IMG/VR virus record: IMGVR_UViG_3300005336_000021
Strand: one strand, 5' to 3'
Length of the DNA stretch: 64,000 nt
Source of the DNA: an uncultured virus (IMG/VR IMGVR_UViG_3300005336_000021)
Lineage: Duplodnaviria; Heunggongvirae; Uroviricota; Caudoviricetes
A program made the position numbers and the translations under genes. The notes under the pieces were generated by a model. The model was not told where the DNA came from and searched no databases. It saw only the letters and a list, made by a program, of their open reading frames with translations. Position 1 is the stretch's first letter. Every line of letters begins with the position of its first letter. This document shows, piece by piece, positions 18,715-28,295 of this stretch.

Positions 18715-19757
18715 GAATCGTCTCCATCAAACTGGTGAATTTCCAGGCGCATGACGAGCTCGTCATAGAGCTTGATCCTCGCATCACGACGATCAAAGGA
18801 CCGACCGATGTGGGGAAGTCTTCAGTGCTTCGGGCCCTACGGTGGCTGTGCTTGAATGACATCGCAGGTGAAGCTTTCATCAAAGAAGGCGAGAAGAAGA
18901 CAGTCATCAAGCTGACAGTCGAAGAGGAAGGGAACCCAGGTCAGTGGTCTATCAAACGAGTCAGAGGAACGGGCGGAAGCGTCAACACCTACGAGTTAGA
19001 CGGCGAGGAATTCAAAGCCTTTGGTTCCGGCGTGCCGAAGCAGATTCGCGATGTCCTCCATCTCAACGAAATCAATTTCCAAGCACAGCATGACAGTCCC
19101 TTCTGGTTCAACGAGACGGCCGGCGAGGTATCTCGTCGTCTCAATTCAGTCATCGACCTCAGCGTCATCGACGATGTGCTCGGCAACATAGCATCAGAAG
19201 TGAGAAGGTCTCAAGAGAGAATCGACCTCACCAACGAGCGTCTCACCGAAGCGAAAGAAGAGTATGAGAAGCTCAAGCCGATGGAGGGTAGGATTGACGA
19301 CTTTCAATACCTCAAGCTCGATCTCGAGATCCTGACTACTGCTGAGGAACGATTCACCAGGCTCAGCAGTCTCATCACCAGAGTGAGAGAAGTGAAGACC
19401 CGCATCACCGAGTTTGAAGAGAAGCACGAGGAAGGGAAGGAAGTCGTCAGGTTGGGGAGTGATGCTATTGCATTCGACAACTCGGCTGACTCTCTGAGAG
19501 ATCTTATCAAGGACATTCAAGCCTTGCAGAAGGTGAAAGCCCCACCTCCCTTCGATTCTGTCACGACTGCTTACGATGAGTGGCAGACTGCGAATGCGAA
19601 AGTCACCAACCTGCGCTTCATCTATATCCGTCTCGTTGATGCTCACAATGCCGAGTCAAGTTGGAAAGAGAAGCTTCGGCTCGCCGAGAACAAGTTTCAC
19701 AAAGAAGTCAAAGGAAAGGAATGTCCGCTGTGCCATCAGCCACTCCCATCGCAATAG
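18711..19757 (+). CDS. SbcC/Rad50-like ATPase, N-terminal half
   Basis: LVNFQAH, Walker A GPTDVGKS, Q-loop QAQHD, coiled coil, ends at Zn-hook CPLC. Confidence 0.85.
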   Translation: MRIVSIKLVNFQAHDELVIELDPRITTIKGPTDVGKSSVLRALRWLCLNDIAGEAFIKEGEKKTVIKLTVEEEGNPGQWSIKRVRGTGGSVNTYELDGEEFKAFGSGVPKQIRDVLHLNEINFQAQHDSPFWFNETAGEVSRRLNSVIDLSVIDDVLGNIASEVRRSQERIDLTNERLTEAKEEYEKLKPMEGRIDDFQYLKLDLEILTTAEERFTRLSSLITRVREVKTRITEFEEKHEEGKEVVRLGSDAIAFDNSADSLRDLIKDIQALQKVKAPPPFDSVTTAYDEWQTANAKVTNLRFIYIRLVDAHNAESSWKEKLRLAENKFHKEVKGKECPLCHQPLPSQ

Positions 19758-20668
19758 CCATCTCCGACCTTCACCTCTCGCTCTTGCAGCCTGCTTGCCG
19801 GGCCGACAAGGACTGGATGGCAGTGCAAGCGGGCTACCTCGATCAGGTGAAGAAGATGGCCGATGAGCTTCGCGTTCCCGTTTTGTGTGCCGGGGATGTT
19901 TTTGATCGATGGAACGCGCCACCAGAGCTCATCAACTTCGCTCTCAAACACTTGCCGGATGGAATGATCTGTGTGCCAGGCCAGCACGATCTTCCAAATC
20001 ATCGTGTAGATCAGATCCATCGCAGTGGTTATGGTGTGCTCAAGCAAGTGGGCAAGATCGTGGACATCAACGAAGAATATTCTCCGAATAGAGGAACGAA
20101 GTGGGTGTTCATCATTTCTGGGTTTGGCTGGGGGAGGGAGATCAAATCACCACCGAAAGTAGATGAGGTTTACACGGAGTCAAACTTCCCTCAAATAGCT
20201 CTCATCCATCGCTATTGCTGGACCGAATTCCATTCCTACCCCGGCGCACCTGAAGATTCAAATCTCAGCAAGTTTGCAAAGTCCCTCAAAGGCTACGACG
20301 TCGCTATCTTCGGCGACAATCACAAGGGCTTCCTGAGCGAGTTGAAGTCAGGAACGACTGTGCTCAATGTCGGCGGATTCATCCGTCGCAAGTCTGACGA
20401 AGTCGGTTACAATCCCAGCGTGGGCATCATCTATTCAGACGGCACAGTGAAGCGTCGCAAGCTAGACACGTCGGCCGATGTCTTCCATGAAGAGATTGCC
20501 GGGCGTGAAGAAGTCCCGTTGAACATGAAAGAGTTTATCGACGGGCTAGAGGGACTCGGCGAGCACGGGCTGAACTTCAGAGAGGCCGTTGAAAACCATC
20601 TGCGAGATGAAGAACTGACACCTGCTGTGAAGCAGATCATACGATCATGCCTAGAGCAACCAAAGTAA
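19721..20668 (+). CDS. SbcD/Mre11-like metallophosphoesterase
   Basis: SDLH, AGDVFD, PGQHD, GDNH. Confidence 0.85.
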   Translation: MSAVPSATPIAIAISDLHLSLLQPACRADKDWMAVQAGYLDQVKKMADELRVPVLCAGDVFDRWNAPPELINFALKHLPDGMICVPGQHDLPNHRVDQIHRSGYGVLKQVGKIVDINEEYSPNRGTKWVFIISGFGWGREIKSPPKVDEVYTESNFPQIALIHRYCWTEFHSYPGAPEDSNLSKFAKSLKGYDVAIFGDNHKGFLSELKSGTTVLNVGGFIRRKSDEVGYNPSVGIIYSDGTVKRRKLDTSADVFHEEIAGREEVPLNMKEFIDGLEGLGEHGLNFREAVENHLRDEELTPAVKQIIRSCLEQPK

Positions 20669-20868
20669 TACCGGCGGGATATGTTTGCGTCACCAACAAT
20701 GGTGAAACCTACATCCAACCCGATGATTTCGTGGACAAAGGGAAGAGGATCTTCTACATCGAGTGTGAAGACCTCACCGTCCAAGTCAACAGCAACCTGG
20801 ACGCGGCGATGAGAGTGTGGGTGTTGGTGGGTCAGCCCAAAGTCTTCTCAGTTGGAACTGTGGGATGA
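20647..20868 (+). CDS. Hypothetical protein
   Basis: Packed ORF. Confidence 0.45.
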   Translation: MPRATKVIPAGYVCVTNNGETYIQPDDFVDKGKRIFYIECEDLTVQVNSNLDAAMRVWVLVGQPKVFSVGTVG

Positions 20869-21071
20869 GGAACTGGTGTCAACATATTCAGTGGGGTTCA
20901 CCGATGGACCAGCCGAAGGGGGGTTGGGTTATCTTCTTAGAGCAAACCATCCCACAAGTAATTGTCATTCCCAGGACATGGAAAGTCTGCCCGATCTGCC
21001 AAGCCGAGCGCCCAACCAAAGAGAATGTCAGGGCAGCAAGACTGAGACACAGAATGGACAATGACGGATGA
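20865..21071 (+). CDS. Small Zn-binding protein
   Basis: WCQHI...WKVCPICQAERP. Confidence 0.55.
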   Translation: MRNWCQHIQWGSPMDQPKGGWVIFLEQTIPQVIVIPRTWKVCPICQAERPTKENVRAARLRHRMDNDG

Positions 21072-21328
21072 AACCTACTCATTGTGCCACCCTCGGAAAC
21101 AAGCAAGACGTGACTGCTTGGCAGTTCAGTCACACGGCTCCCATCCCTGTCTGGGTGGCGAGGAAGTTTCACCAAGTCTCAGATAAGAAGGGATGGACTG
21201 CGATAGATCTGTATGGGAAGGTGATAGAGGCGAATGAAGGCGATTGGGTGGTGGCACCCAACGTGGGAACTTGCTTCGTCCTCACCGACAAAGAATTCAA
21301 CGAGTGTTTCAAACCTCTAATACCATGA
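21068..21328 (+). CDS. Hypothetical protein (GDW-motif phage family)
   Basis: ANEGDWVV...EFNECF. Confidence 0.6.
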   Translation: MKPTHCATLGNKQDVTAWQFSHTAPIPVWVARKFHQVSDKKGWTAIDLYGKVIEANEGDWVVAPNVGTCFVLTDKEFNECFKPLIP

Positions 21329-21474
21329 ATCCCATCTTCGCCGGCATTCTCATCGTAGGAATCTGCCTCATAGGCATCCTCTGCTGTCATGTTATGATTG
21401 GATTGGCGAAGCTGGAGATGAGAATCGTCAAACTTGAAGCAATGATAGAGCATATCACAGGAAAGAAACCATGA
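21325..21474 (+). CDS. Small membrane protein
   Basis: One TM segment; ATGA overlap. Confidence 0.45.
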   Translation: MNPIFAGILIVGICLIGILCCHVMIGLAKLEMRIVKLEAMIEHITGKKP

Positions 21475-21616
21475 AGCAGTTGATAGAATTCATAGAATCC
21501 CCCGCAGGGATCTTTGTGATAGGCACGACCCTCATCGTGATAGGCACGATCGTTGATTTGATGAAACTGAAGAAAAAGAAATGACCCCTGGGAACTGGGA
21601 TCTACCACAAGGACGT

Positions 21617-21865
21617 ATGAGCGAAGTGATAAATGAAGAAACATATCGGCGTCTCAAGCGAGATGTAGAGAACGCGAAGACTGAAGCCGATCGAGCGAAG
21701 GGTGCTCTCACGACTATCACAGCCCAGCTGGAAGAGGAATTCGGAGTCGACAATCTGAAGGAGGCCAAGGAAGCTCTCGCCGAGCTAGAAGCCAAGCGCG
21801 ACAAAGCCAAAGAGAAGTTCGACACCGCACTGAAAGACTATCAGAAGAAATGGTCACCTGAATAG
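21617..21865 (+). CDS. Small coiled-coil protein (candidate Rad50 middle segment)
   Basis: Heptad-rich, EEFGVDNLKEA turn. Confidence 0.65.
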   Translation: MSEVINEETYRRLKRDVENAKTEADRAKGALTTITAQLEEEFGVDNLKEAKEALAELEAKRDKAKEKFDTALKDYQKKWSPE

Positions 21866-21967
21866 TCGCAAAGCGGCCGCGTTGCAAGGACAATGCGGTT
21901 TGCAAGTTTAAGAATCAATTCGTTCACCACTACATTGCGGATCAACACTTTACGCTCTCTCTGAGTT

Positions 21968-22010
21968 CGGCATGAGTCTTGCTCATATAAGTCCAGTTGC
22001 ATGTTTGCAA
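21968..22010 (+). promoter_or_regulatory. sigma54-type promoter 6 + palindrome
   Basis: CGGCATGAGTCTTGCT 21968-21983; TTGCAtgttTGCAA 21997-22010. Confidence 0.75.
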
Positions 22011-22069
22011 CAAGTAATAAGAACAAACAGAAAGACGCAAAGAACGTCAGGAAGATAATAGAACGAGAT

Positions 22070-22960
22070 ATGAATACCACAATCATACAAACGCAAGGGG
22101 TCGAGGCAACCGCGCTCGACGAAACCATCAAGAATGCGGATCTCAACTGGGAGCCGATCGCCGATACCATCACAGGAGGGGACAGCGGAGTCATCATGCC
22201 CGGCAAGAAACTCCTCTACCGCAGCGACACCAAAGCACCTCTCGGAGTCGTGGGCGCGGACTACGAGCCCTCCAATCCGAGGGACTTCATCAACAGGCAG
22301 TATGCCCTTGCTGAGTCGATGGGCGGGAAGGTCGTCCGCGCCGGGTTCCTCGAAGAGAGGGCGAGGGCTTTCGCCTTCGTGCAGATCGGCGAGAAGATCG
22401 AGATCCCCCGCGGCAAGCGCAAAGTGGGCGATCCGGTGCAGGCCTACATCTACTCCACCGATGGGTGGGACGGTGGGACGCCCGTTCGCAGCCGCTTGTT
22501 CATCGAGCGCCTCAAATGCGCGAACGGGATGACCAGCCGCGAGATTCACGCGAAGCTTTGGATCTCTCACACGTCCGGCATGAGCAAGCGGGCCGAACCG
22601 CGGCACGCGACATTCCAGGGCGAAGTCACCAAGATGGTCGACGCCATCCGCGTCGAATTCACCAAGCTGGCGCAAGCCCGCATGACGGTCGAAGAGGCGA
22701 AAGCATTCGTCGAGAAGCTCATCCCCGGTGAAGCGACGATGTCAGTCAACCGCCGCACAAAGATCCTCGGCTTGTTCGAGACCGGCGTAGGTAATCAGGC
22801 AGCGACCCGATGGGACGCCTACAATGCGGTGACAGAGTTCATCACGCATCACCGGACCTACCGGACGACGGAGGTCACCAGCATTGAAACCAACCGGTTC
22901 CTGGGGGTTCTCGAAACCGACACACTCGGACGACAGGCGCTGAATCTGCTGCTGAATTAA
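22070..22960 (+). CDS. DUF932/DUF945 family protein
   Basis: ADLNWE, YRSDT..PLGVVG.DY, RLKCANG, TRWDAYNAVTEFITH. Confidence 0.8.
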   Translation: MNTTIIQTQGVEATALDETIKNADLNWEPIADTITGGDSGVIMPGKKLLYRSDTKAPLGVVGADYEPSNPRDFINRQYALAESMGGKVVRAGFLEERARAFAFVQIGEKIEIPRGKRKVGDPVQAYIYSTDGWDGGTPVRSRLFIERLKCANGMTSREIHAKLWISHTSGMSKRAEPRHATFQGEVTKMVDAIRVEFTKLAQARMTVEEAKAFVEKLIPGEATMSVNRRTKILGLFETGVGNQAATRWDAYNAVTEFITHHRTYRTTEVTSIETNRFLGVLETDTLGRQALNLLLN

Positions 22961-23011
22961 CAGATCATAATGCAACGCGGGCCGGCCAACCCGGCCCGCA
23001 TTCTAAACAAT

Positions 23012-23239
23012 ATGAATAATTCAATAGGTCGACGAGAGAACCGGATCCTCCGCGAGCTCCCTGTGAAAGAGATGAAAGCAGATGAGTGTCGCCGGATGTT
23101 GGTTCACCATCACGGGAAGGCTCTTCACCCGATGCGCCGCAAGGCTTACTTGCTCAAGGCTCACCCCGGCAAGGAAATGGCTTACTTCAAAGCAGGTGAA
23201 ATCTCTGTCATCGAGCGTGCTATTGAGGAGGGCATATGA
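23012..23239 (+). CDS. Hypothetical protein
   Basis: After GC hairpin at about 22978-22999. Confidence 0.5.
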   Translation: MNNSIGRRENRILRELPVKEMKADECRRMLVHHHGKALHPMRRKAYLLKAHPGKEMAYFKAGEISVIERAIEEGI

Positions 23240-23466
23240 GTCCTGTAGCATCTGGAATCATGTTTGCGATGGTGCTCGTGATGTGTGGAGCGATCTACCT
23301 CCTTCCAACTATCATTGCACACTGTCGCAACCACAGGCAAGAGGGCCCGATCTGCGTCATCAACATGCTGCTCGGCTGGACGTTCCTAGCATGGGTGGGA
23401 TGCCTAGCTTGGTCACTCTCGTCAGACGTGAAAGAACAATGCAGGCGAAAACCTCCCATTATATGA
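23236..23466 (+). CDS. Superinfection immunity protein (T4 Imm-like)
   Basis: YLLPTIIAHCRNH...INMLLGWTFLAWVGCLAWSL. Confidence 0.85.
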   Translation: MSPVASGIMFAMVLVMCGAIYLLPTIIAHCRNHRQEGPICVINMLLGWTFLAWVGCLAWSLSSDVKEQCRRKPPII

Positions 23467-23792
23467 AAAACCCACCCAAAGGATATCGAATCATCACCGA
23501 AGGTCAAATTGAACAAGGTGACCTGCTGTGGGAGGAACTGGGAGGATGGGGCCCGGCAATAGGAGGAGAGATTGGCACCCCCCGTCAAGGCATACAAAGG
23601 GGTTGCGAGGAGGCAGAAGTGAAGCTCATCACAATCCCAATCACGTGGCTCCAGCGTATGAGTGACGCCACTATAATAAGCCTGAAAACAATTCACCGAA
23701 CCGAAAGCAATCTCACAGTCGAGGTGGATGACTCAACCTACCGCGACTGGCGCCGTCGCTTGCAACGTGAGAACAACCTGAAAACATCATGA
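23463..23792 (+). CDS. Hypothetical protein (possibly two genes joined at a C6 tract)
   Basis: ATGA overlap. Confidence 0.45.
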   Translation: MKNPPKGYRIITEGQIEQGDLLWEELGGWGPAIGGEIGTPRQGIQRGCEEAEVKLITIPITWLQRMSDATIISLKTIHRTESNLTVEVDDSTYRDWRRRLQRENNLKTS

Positions 23793-23980
23793 ATGTAATC
23801 GTCACACTCAACAACGGGCAAGTCATCACAGTCGAGAAGGTCGAACAAGTTCACGTCAGCGGCCACGGCACGATGATCTGGATCAAGGGATCCGTCGATC
23901 CTCTCGTCTACGTCGCTGCCGACGTCAAATGCGCGGAGACGAGATTCAACGAGCAAGCCCCACGAATTGAGTTCGAATGA
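23789..23980 (+). CDS. Hypothetical protein
   Basis: ATGA overlap. Confidence 0.55.
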   Translation: MNVIVTLNNGQVITVEKVEQVHVSGHGTMIWIKGSVDPLVYVAADVKCAETRFNEQAPRIEFE

Positions 23981-24879
23981 AAGTCTTCCCAATACACTCA
24001 TTCAAGGGCAAGGAGTATTCCCTACCCTACTACCTGCCTGAGCGCAAGAGCCACAAGTGCAGCATCACGATTGACTTCAAGAAGCCTGGTACCACACTGC
24101 CCGTCGTCTCGATGAGAAATTCTCTCTTCATGGGACTGCCGATGGTATCTCTCAAAGTAGACCGCCCGCTAGGGATTCACACCCTCAAGCAGGAAGGGAT
24201 GGGCACGTGGATGACGTCTATGCCACAAGAGATCGAACAGCACTCACGTCAGCTCACAGGCATGAGCGGGCGGGTGCTAGTCGGCGGTCTTGGGCTCGGG
24301 CTCGCTGTCGCCTACTTGGAAGGCAACGAAGACGTGACCGAAATCGTCTGTGTCGAAAAGAGTCAGAGCATCATTCACATGGTGCTGCCGTTCATGCCGA
24401 AGAAGAAGACGAAAGTCATCAACATGGATCTCTTCAAATACCTGGAATCCCAACGTGCAATCACCATCTGCAATCCTCCCGCGAAGGAGACATTCGACCA
24501 CGCCTTCTACGACATCTGGTGCCCTACAGGAGAAACAGTTCACTCGAAGTATGTCATTCCGTTGCGAAAGCTCTCACAGGGATTGATCCCTCAAGAGAAC
24601 ATCCAGTGCTGGAACGAAGATGAAATGATTGGACAGCTGGCACTGGCATGTCAAACGTCGCTCATGTATCTTGACATGCCGGTAGGGGACAAGTTTCGGA
24701 CCATACTTGACGAGCCCGAAGATCGCTTTGATCGCTACAAGAAAGTCCAGGGCTTAGTTTGGTACTGGTACCGATTTCTCCGCAGAGAGAAGCTAACGAT
24801 CGCGCAAGCTCACGCACAGATGGGCCGCTATTTAGCCGATCTTAAAGACCCAGAACGATTTGAAAGGAATTGGATGTGA
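23977..24879 (+). CDS. Class I SAM-dependent transferase (spermidine-synthase-like fold)
   Basis: WMTS..QE, GRVLVGGLGLG, CVEKS, FDHAFYDIW. Confidence 0.75.
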   Translation: MKVFPIHSFKGKEYSLPYYLPERKSHKCSITIDFKKPGTTLPVVSMRNSLFMGLPMVSLKVDRPLGIHTLKQEGMGTWMTSMPQEIEQHSRQLTGMSGRVLVGGLGLGLAVAYLEGNEDVTEIVCVEKSQSIIHMVLPFMPKKKTKVINMDLFKYLESQRAITICNPPAKETFDHAFYDIWCPTGETVHSKYVIPLRKLSQGLIPQENIQCWNEDEMIGQLALACQTSLMYLDMPVGDKFRTILDEPEDRFDRYKKVQGLVWYWYRFLRREKLTIAQAHAQMGRYLADLKDPERFERNWM

Positions 24880-24984
24880 TATGGACCAAATAGATCGAGT
24901 TGTATTCAGCTTCTTGGGAAGCGTGATATTGATTGTGATATTCCTCTTCGTGGGTAGTTTATTCATCAAGAAGGACGATGACAA

Positions 24985-25251
24985 ATGAGCGATCAACCTA
25001 GCTACCTACCACGACCTGGTGACCTTACTCGGGAGAAACTCATCGCACTGGCAAATGATACCATCGCAGCAAACGGTGGCCCCGACCGGTGTCGCGTCTT
25101 CTTCAAATTCACCTGCATCTACTGTGGAACGCGATGCACGATGGTCGACGCCAACACACTTTACGAGACCGCCGAGTGCGCGAACTGTAAGAAGGTGAAT
25201 CAGATAATATGCGGCGGAATTAGACTGGAACTAAAAATGAAAGAAACATGA
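24985..25251 (+). CDS. Small Zn-ribbon protein
   Basis: FKFTCIYCG...CANC. Confidence 0.6.
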   Translation: MSDQPSYLPRPGDLTREKLIALANDTIAANGGPDRCRVFFKFTCIYCGTRCTMVDANTLYETAECANCKKVNQIICGGIRLELKMKET

Positions 25252-25829
25252 CAAAAGTAAGCAGAATCAAACTCAGGAAGACCTTCGGGCCCTACGTGTT
25301 TAGGGTCTTAGGGACCAGACTCAAGTATGTCAGCAAGGGCTGGTATGAAGTCGAATCCCTTCCGACGGTCGAAGAATACAGGGGAATCGAGAAAACAGCA
25401 TTCTCCACTCTCATCATCGATGCCGTCGAGAACGCGAAGTCTGAATTGGAGTCGCTGCGCGATGAGCTTCAGGATTGGTATGACAACCTACCCGAAAGCT
25501 TTCAGAACGGCGACAAAGGTGATCAGCTTCAAGAAGCGATCAGCCAACTCGAGACTGCGGTTGACAACATTCAGGACGTGCCGGATTGCCTGTCCGAGGT
25601 GAGGGTGTTCATCAAACCTCTCATCAAGCCCAGCGCCAGCCGGGCCGACCGAGGCAGTCAAGCCGCGTATGAATTGCGTCAGGTTGCCGAGCATCTCGAG
25701 GGTGAGGGTTTCATGCCGGAGGGTGTCAAGCTCGACCAAGAGCAGGAAGACGAAGTGAAGGAATTCCAAGAGACCTTAGCCTCAGCCGCAGATGACGCGG
25801 ACTCCGTAGAGTATCCAGGGATGTATTGA
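25248..25829 (+). CDS. Hypothetical helical protein
   Basis: LRDELQDWYDNLPESFQNG motif. Confidence 0.65.
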   Translation: MTKVSRIKLRKTFGPYVFRVLGTRLKYVSKGWYEVESLPTVEEYRGIEKTAFSTLIIDAVENAKSELESLRDELQDWYDNLPESFQNGDKGDQLQEAISQLETAVDNIQDVPDCLSEVRVFIKPLIKPSASRADRGSQAAYELRQVAEHLEGEGFMPEGVKLDQEQEDEVKEFQETLASAADDADSVEYPGMY

Positions 25830-26039
25830 GCGGCGCTTGCAATTCAATCGTCGCTGTGTAAGATAATACCAGTGCGTCCATTCTAGGGCGCACCCAGGCC
25901 TAAGAAACCTGAAGACTAGAGCGAGACGGATTTAGAATTTTGGTCGTTGTTTTCTTGGTGCGCGGTCACGCGGCGGGGCAGCTCTAGGCCTTTTCTTACA
26001 CCAAAGGATGACGACCAATTTTTTGGTTCAGTCTCTTCT

Positions 26040-26807
26040 ATGAAAAGCGAACGCGACGTCAAAGGCATCTGGATTCCGATTGAAGTTTGGGAAGACAAAA
26101 ACCTTACACTCTTTGAAACGGCACTCCTCGCCGAAATCGATTCATTGGATTGCGGCGAGGGGTGCTGGAAGAGTGATGAGGCTCTAGCAGTCAGGATGAG
26201 GTGTTCCCTTAGCCATCTGAGCAATAGCATCTACTCCCTAAAAAAGCGGAAGTATCTGAAAACAATCAAACAAGATAGGAAGAATCACAGGCGGTTTTTG
26301 CGGACCACTTTTTCACGTTTTCGCAGGCAACCACCACCTACTGTAGAAAGTAGGAGCCACCTACTGAGAAAAGTAGGTCACGATCTATCTACGATAGATC
26401 TAGAGAATACAAGTGGAGGGAAGTGTCCCTCCACAAATGGCTTTTTTGAAATCAATGGTGAATATACTCCATTCATAACGAAGTGTTCCCACCGATTGGA
26501 GGACTACATCAGATCCTCCAGAAAGATTAGTCCAAGATTCAATCGCAAGAAATGGTATAACGAATTCCGCCTCCTTCTCCAATCACTTGATGGTGACAAA
26601 GCTCGTATCAGAAGAGCACTCAAGATATTCACCACTCATCCACACGATCCGGAGTCCCACCCTCCAGAAGTAGAGTGTGCCGAATCGTTTCGTAAGAAGT
26701 TCCTCAAAATCGAATCCTGGATCAAACGAATCTCCGACCAACTCCCACCAGAGGAAGAGAATAACCAAGACGGTCCCATCGTCACTCGGACAAGGACCTT
26801 TGCGTGA
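26040..26807 (+). CDS. Replication initiator-like HTH protein
   Basis: GIWIPIEVW..KNLT..E..LLAEIDSL...GCWKS..LA; directly upstream of helicase. Confidence 0.7.
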   Translation: MKSERDVKGIWIPIEVWEDKNLTLFETALLAEIDSLDCGEGCWKSDEALAVRMRCSLSHLSNSIYSLKKRKYLKTIKQDRKNHRRFLRTTFSRFRRQPPPTVESRSHLLRKVGHDLSTIDLENTSGGKCPSTNGFFEINGEYTPFITKCSHRLEDYIRSSRKISPRFNRKKWYNEFRLLLQSLDGDKARIRRALKIFTTHPHDPESHPPEVECAESFRKKFLKIESWIKRISDQLPPEEENNQDGPIVTRTRTFA

Positions 26808-28201
26808 AATCTGAAAAGTTCCAGAACAATGAAGAGAGAACAATCCTCATCGCATCGATTGTCCATTCCGGTGTGCTGGAACAGATCTGTGGAAGCCTCC
26901 AGAGTGAGAAACCATTCAGGAGCAGATGGTCCAATCTAGTCTTCGGATGGTGCGCCGAGCACTGGAAGGAATTCCAGAAGGCACCCGGCCGAGCCATTGA
27001 GGAGTATCACTCCCGCTTTGCTCGGTCCTCTGCCGACAAGGAAGCGGCTGAATTGATCGATTCCTTCCTCAGCGGTTTGAGCGACGAATACAGGTCATCC
27101 AAAGGTATCAATGAGGAGTTCACCGTCAAGCTCGCATCGACCTATTTCAGGGTAGTCAGGATGGAGCGCCTGAGGGACTCTATCGACGGGGCTCTTGAAA
27201 TGAGCGATGTAGAGGAAGCCGAGACCCGAGTGTCCACCTACGAAGCCCTCCATCTCCAAAACGGAGACGACTGGCTCAATCCATTCAAACGGGAATTCCT
27301 GACCAAGCCGAGGGAGAGCCGTGAAGAACTTGTTTCGTTTCCAAATGACTTGGGGAGATTCTTTCACAATCAATTTGTCCGCTACGGTTTCATCTGCTTC
27401 GTAGGCCCATCCAAAAGAGGCAAGTCCTACTGGCTGCAAGAAGTGGTTTATCGCGCATTGCGGCAGCGGCGCCGGGTCCTCTACTACGTCTTAGGGGATC
27501 TGTCCGAGGACGACATCCACGACCGTCTGGTTCCGAGGATAGCCAGAGCCCCAATTGAACCGGACAAATTCATCTTCCCAAAAGAGATCCTCAAAGGAGA
27601 CGGTAAACGACCGAAAGTGAGAGGTGAGATGAGGGAGTATGAGAAAGGAATCACCAACAAGCAGAAGATCGCTTGCGTGGAGAAATTCCTCAAGTCGATA
27701 TCATCCACGGTTGAGAATCCTCGTTTGAAGATCAAGCTCAAAGGAGGTGGAGTCATCTCAGCGAGCGACATCGAGCGGGATGTGAAACACTTCTCTAGAA
27801 AAGGGTGGGTGCCGGACGTAGTGGTGATTGACTATGCTGACCTCTTAGCGCCAGAGCTTCATACGAAGAACCAAGACCTGCGTCACCAGATGAACGCGAG
27901 CTGGATGGTTCTGAGACGAATCGCTCTAAGCCTTCACTGCCTCGTAGTCACCGGATCCCAGTCTGCACGGACCGCCTACGACTCGTGGCTCATCAGGAAG
28001 AGGGACTTCTCAGAGGACAGAAGGAAGAACGACCACATCACCGGCATGGTGGGCATCAATCAAACCGAGTATGAAAAGAAGCAGGGGATCTATCGTCTGA
28101 ACTGGGTCAACATCAGAAGAGGCAAGTGGACAGAGAACCAAGTCGTCTGGTGTGCTGGAAATCTTTCCATCGCTTGCCCTTGCATTATTTCCAGTCTTTG
28201 A
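26804..28201 (+). CDS. DnaB-like replicative helicase
   Basis: GPSKRGKS, VVVIDYADLL, VTGSQS, FSEDRRK. Confidence 0.85.
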   Translation: MKSEKFQNNEERTILIASIVHSGVLEQICGSLQSEKPFRSRWSNLVFGWCAEHWKEFQKAPGRAIEEYHSRFARSSADKEAAELIDSFLSGLSDEYRSSKGINEEFTVKLASTYFRVVRMERLRDSIDGALEMSDVEEAETRVSTYEALHLQNGDDWLNPFKREFLTKPRESREELVSFPNDLGRFFHNQFVRYGFICFVGPSKRGKSYWLQEVVYRALRQRRRVLYYVLGDLSEDDIHDRLVPRIARAPIEPDKFIFPKEILKGDGKRPKVRGEMREYEKGITNKQKIACVEKFLKSISSTVENPRLKIKLKGGGVISASDIERDVKHFSRKGWVPDVVVIDYADLLAPELHTKNQDLRHQMNASWMVLRRIALSLHCLVVTGSQSARTAYDSWLIRKRDFSEDRRKNDHITGMVGINQTEYEKKQGIYRLNWVNIRRGKWTENQVVWCAGNLSIACPCIISSL

Positions 28202-28295
28202 CTGAATCCATTTTGTAAATGGCCAGATAATAGTCCAAGATGCTTCAGTTAATTGTGACTGGGGCGAAGAAAACAAACAACGAAAGGTAAAGTAA

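Noticed and set aside
6376..22010. Repeated 16-20 bp motif as CRISPR or transposon ends
   Set aside because: Copies are kilobases apart, all upstream of genes; no spacers, cas or transposase
6380..22069. ORF-track N-terminal extensions MNLAH/HESCSY at 6380, 11143, 14803 and 22001
   Set aside because: They are translations of the promoter motif; real starts are downstream
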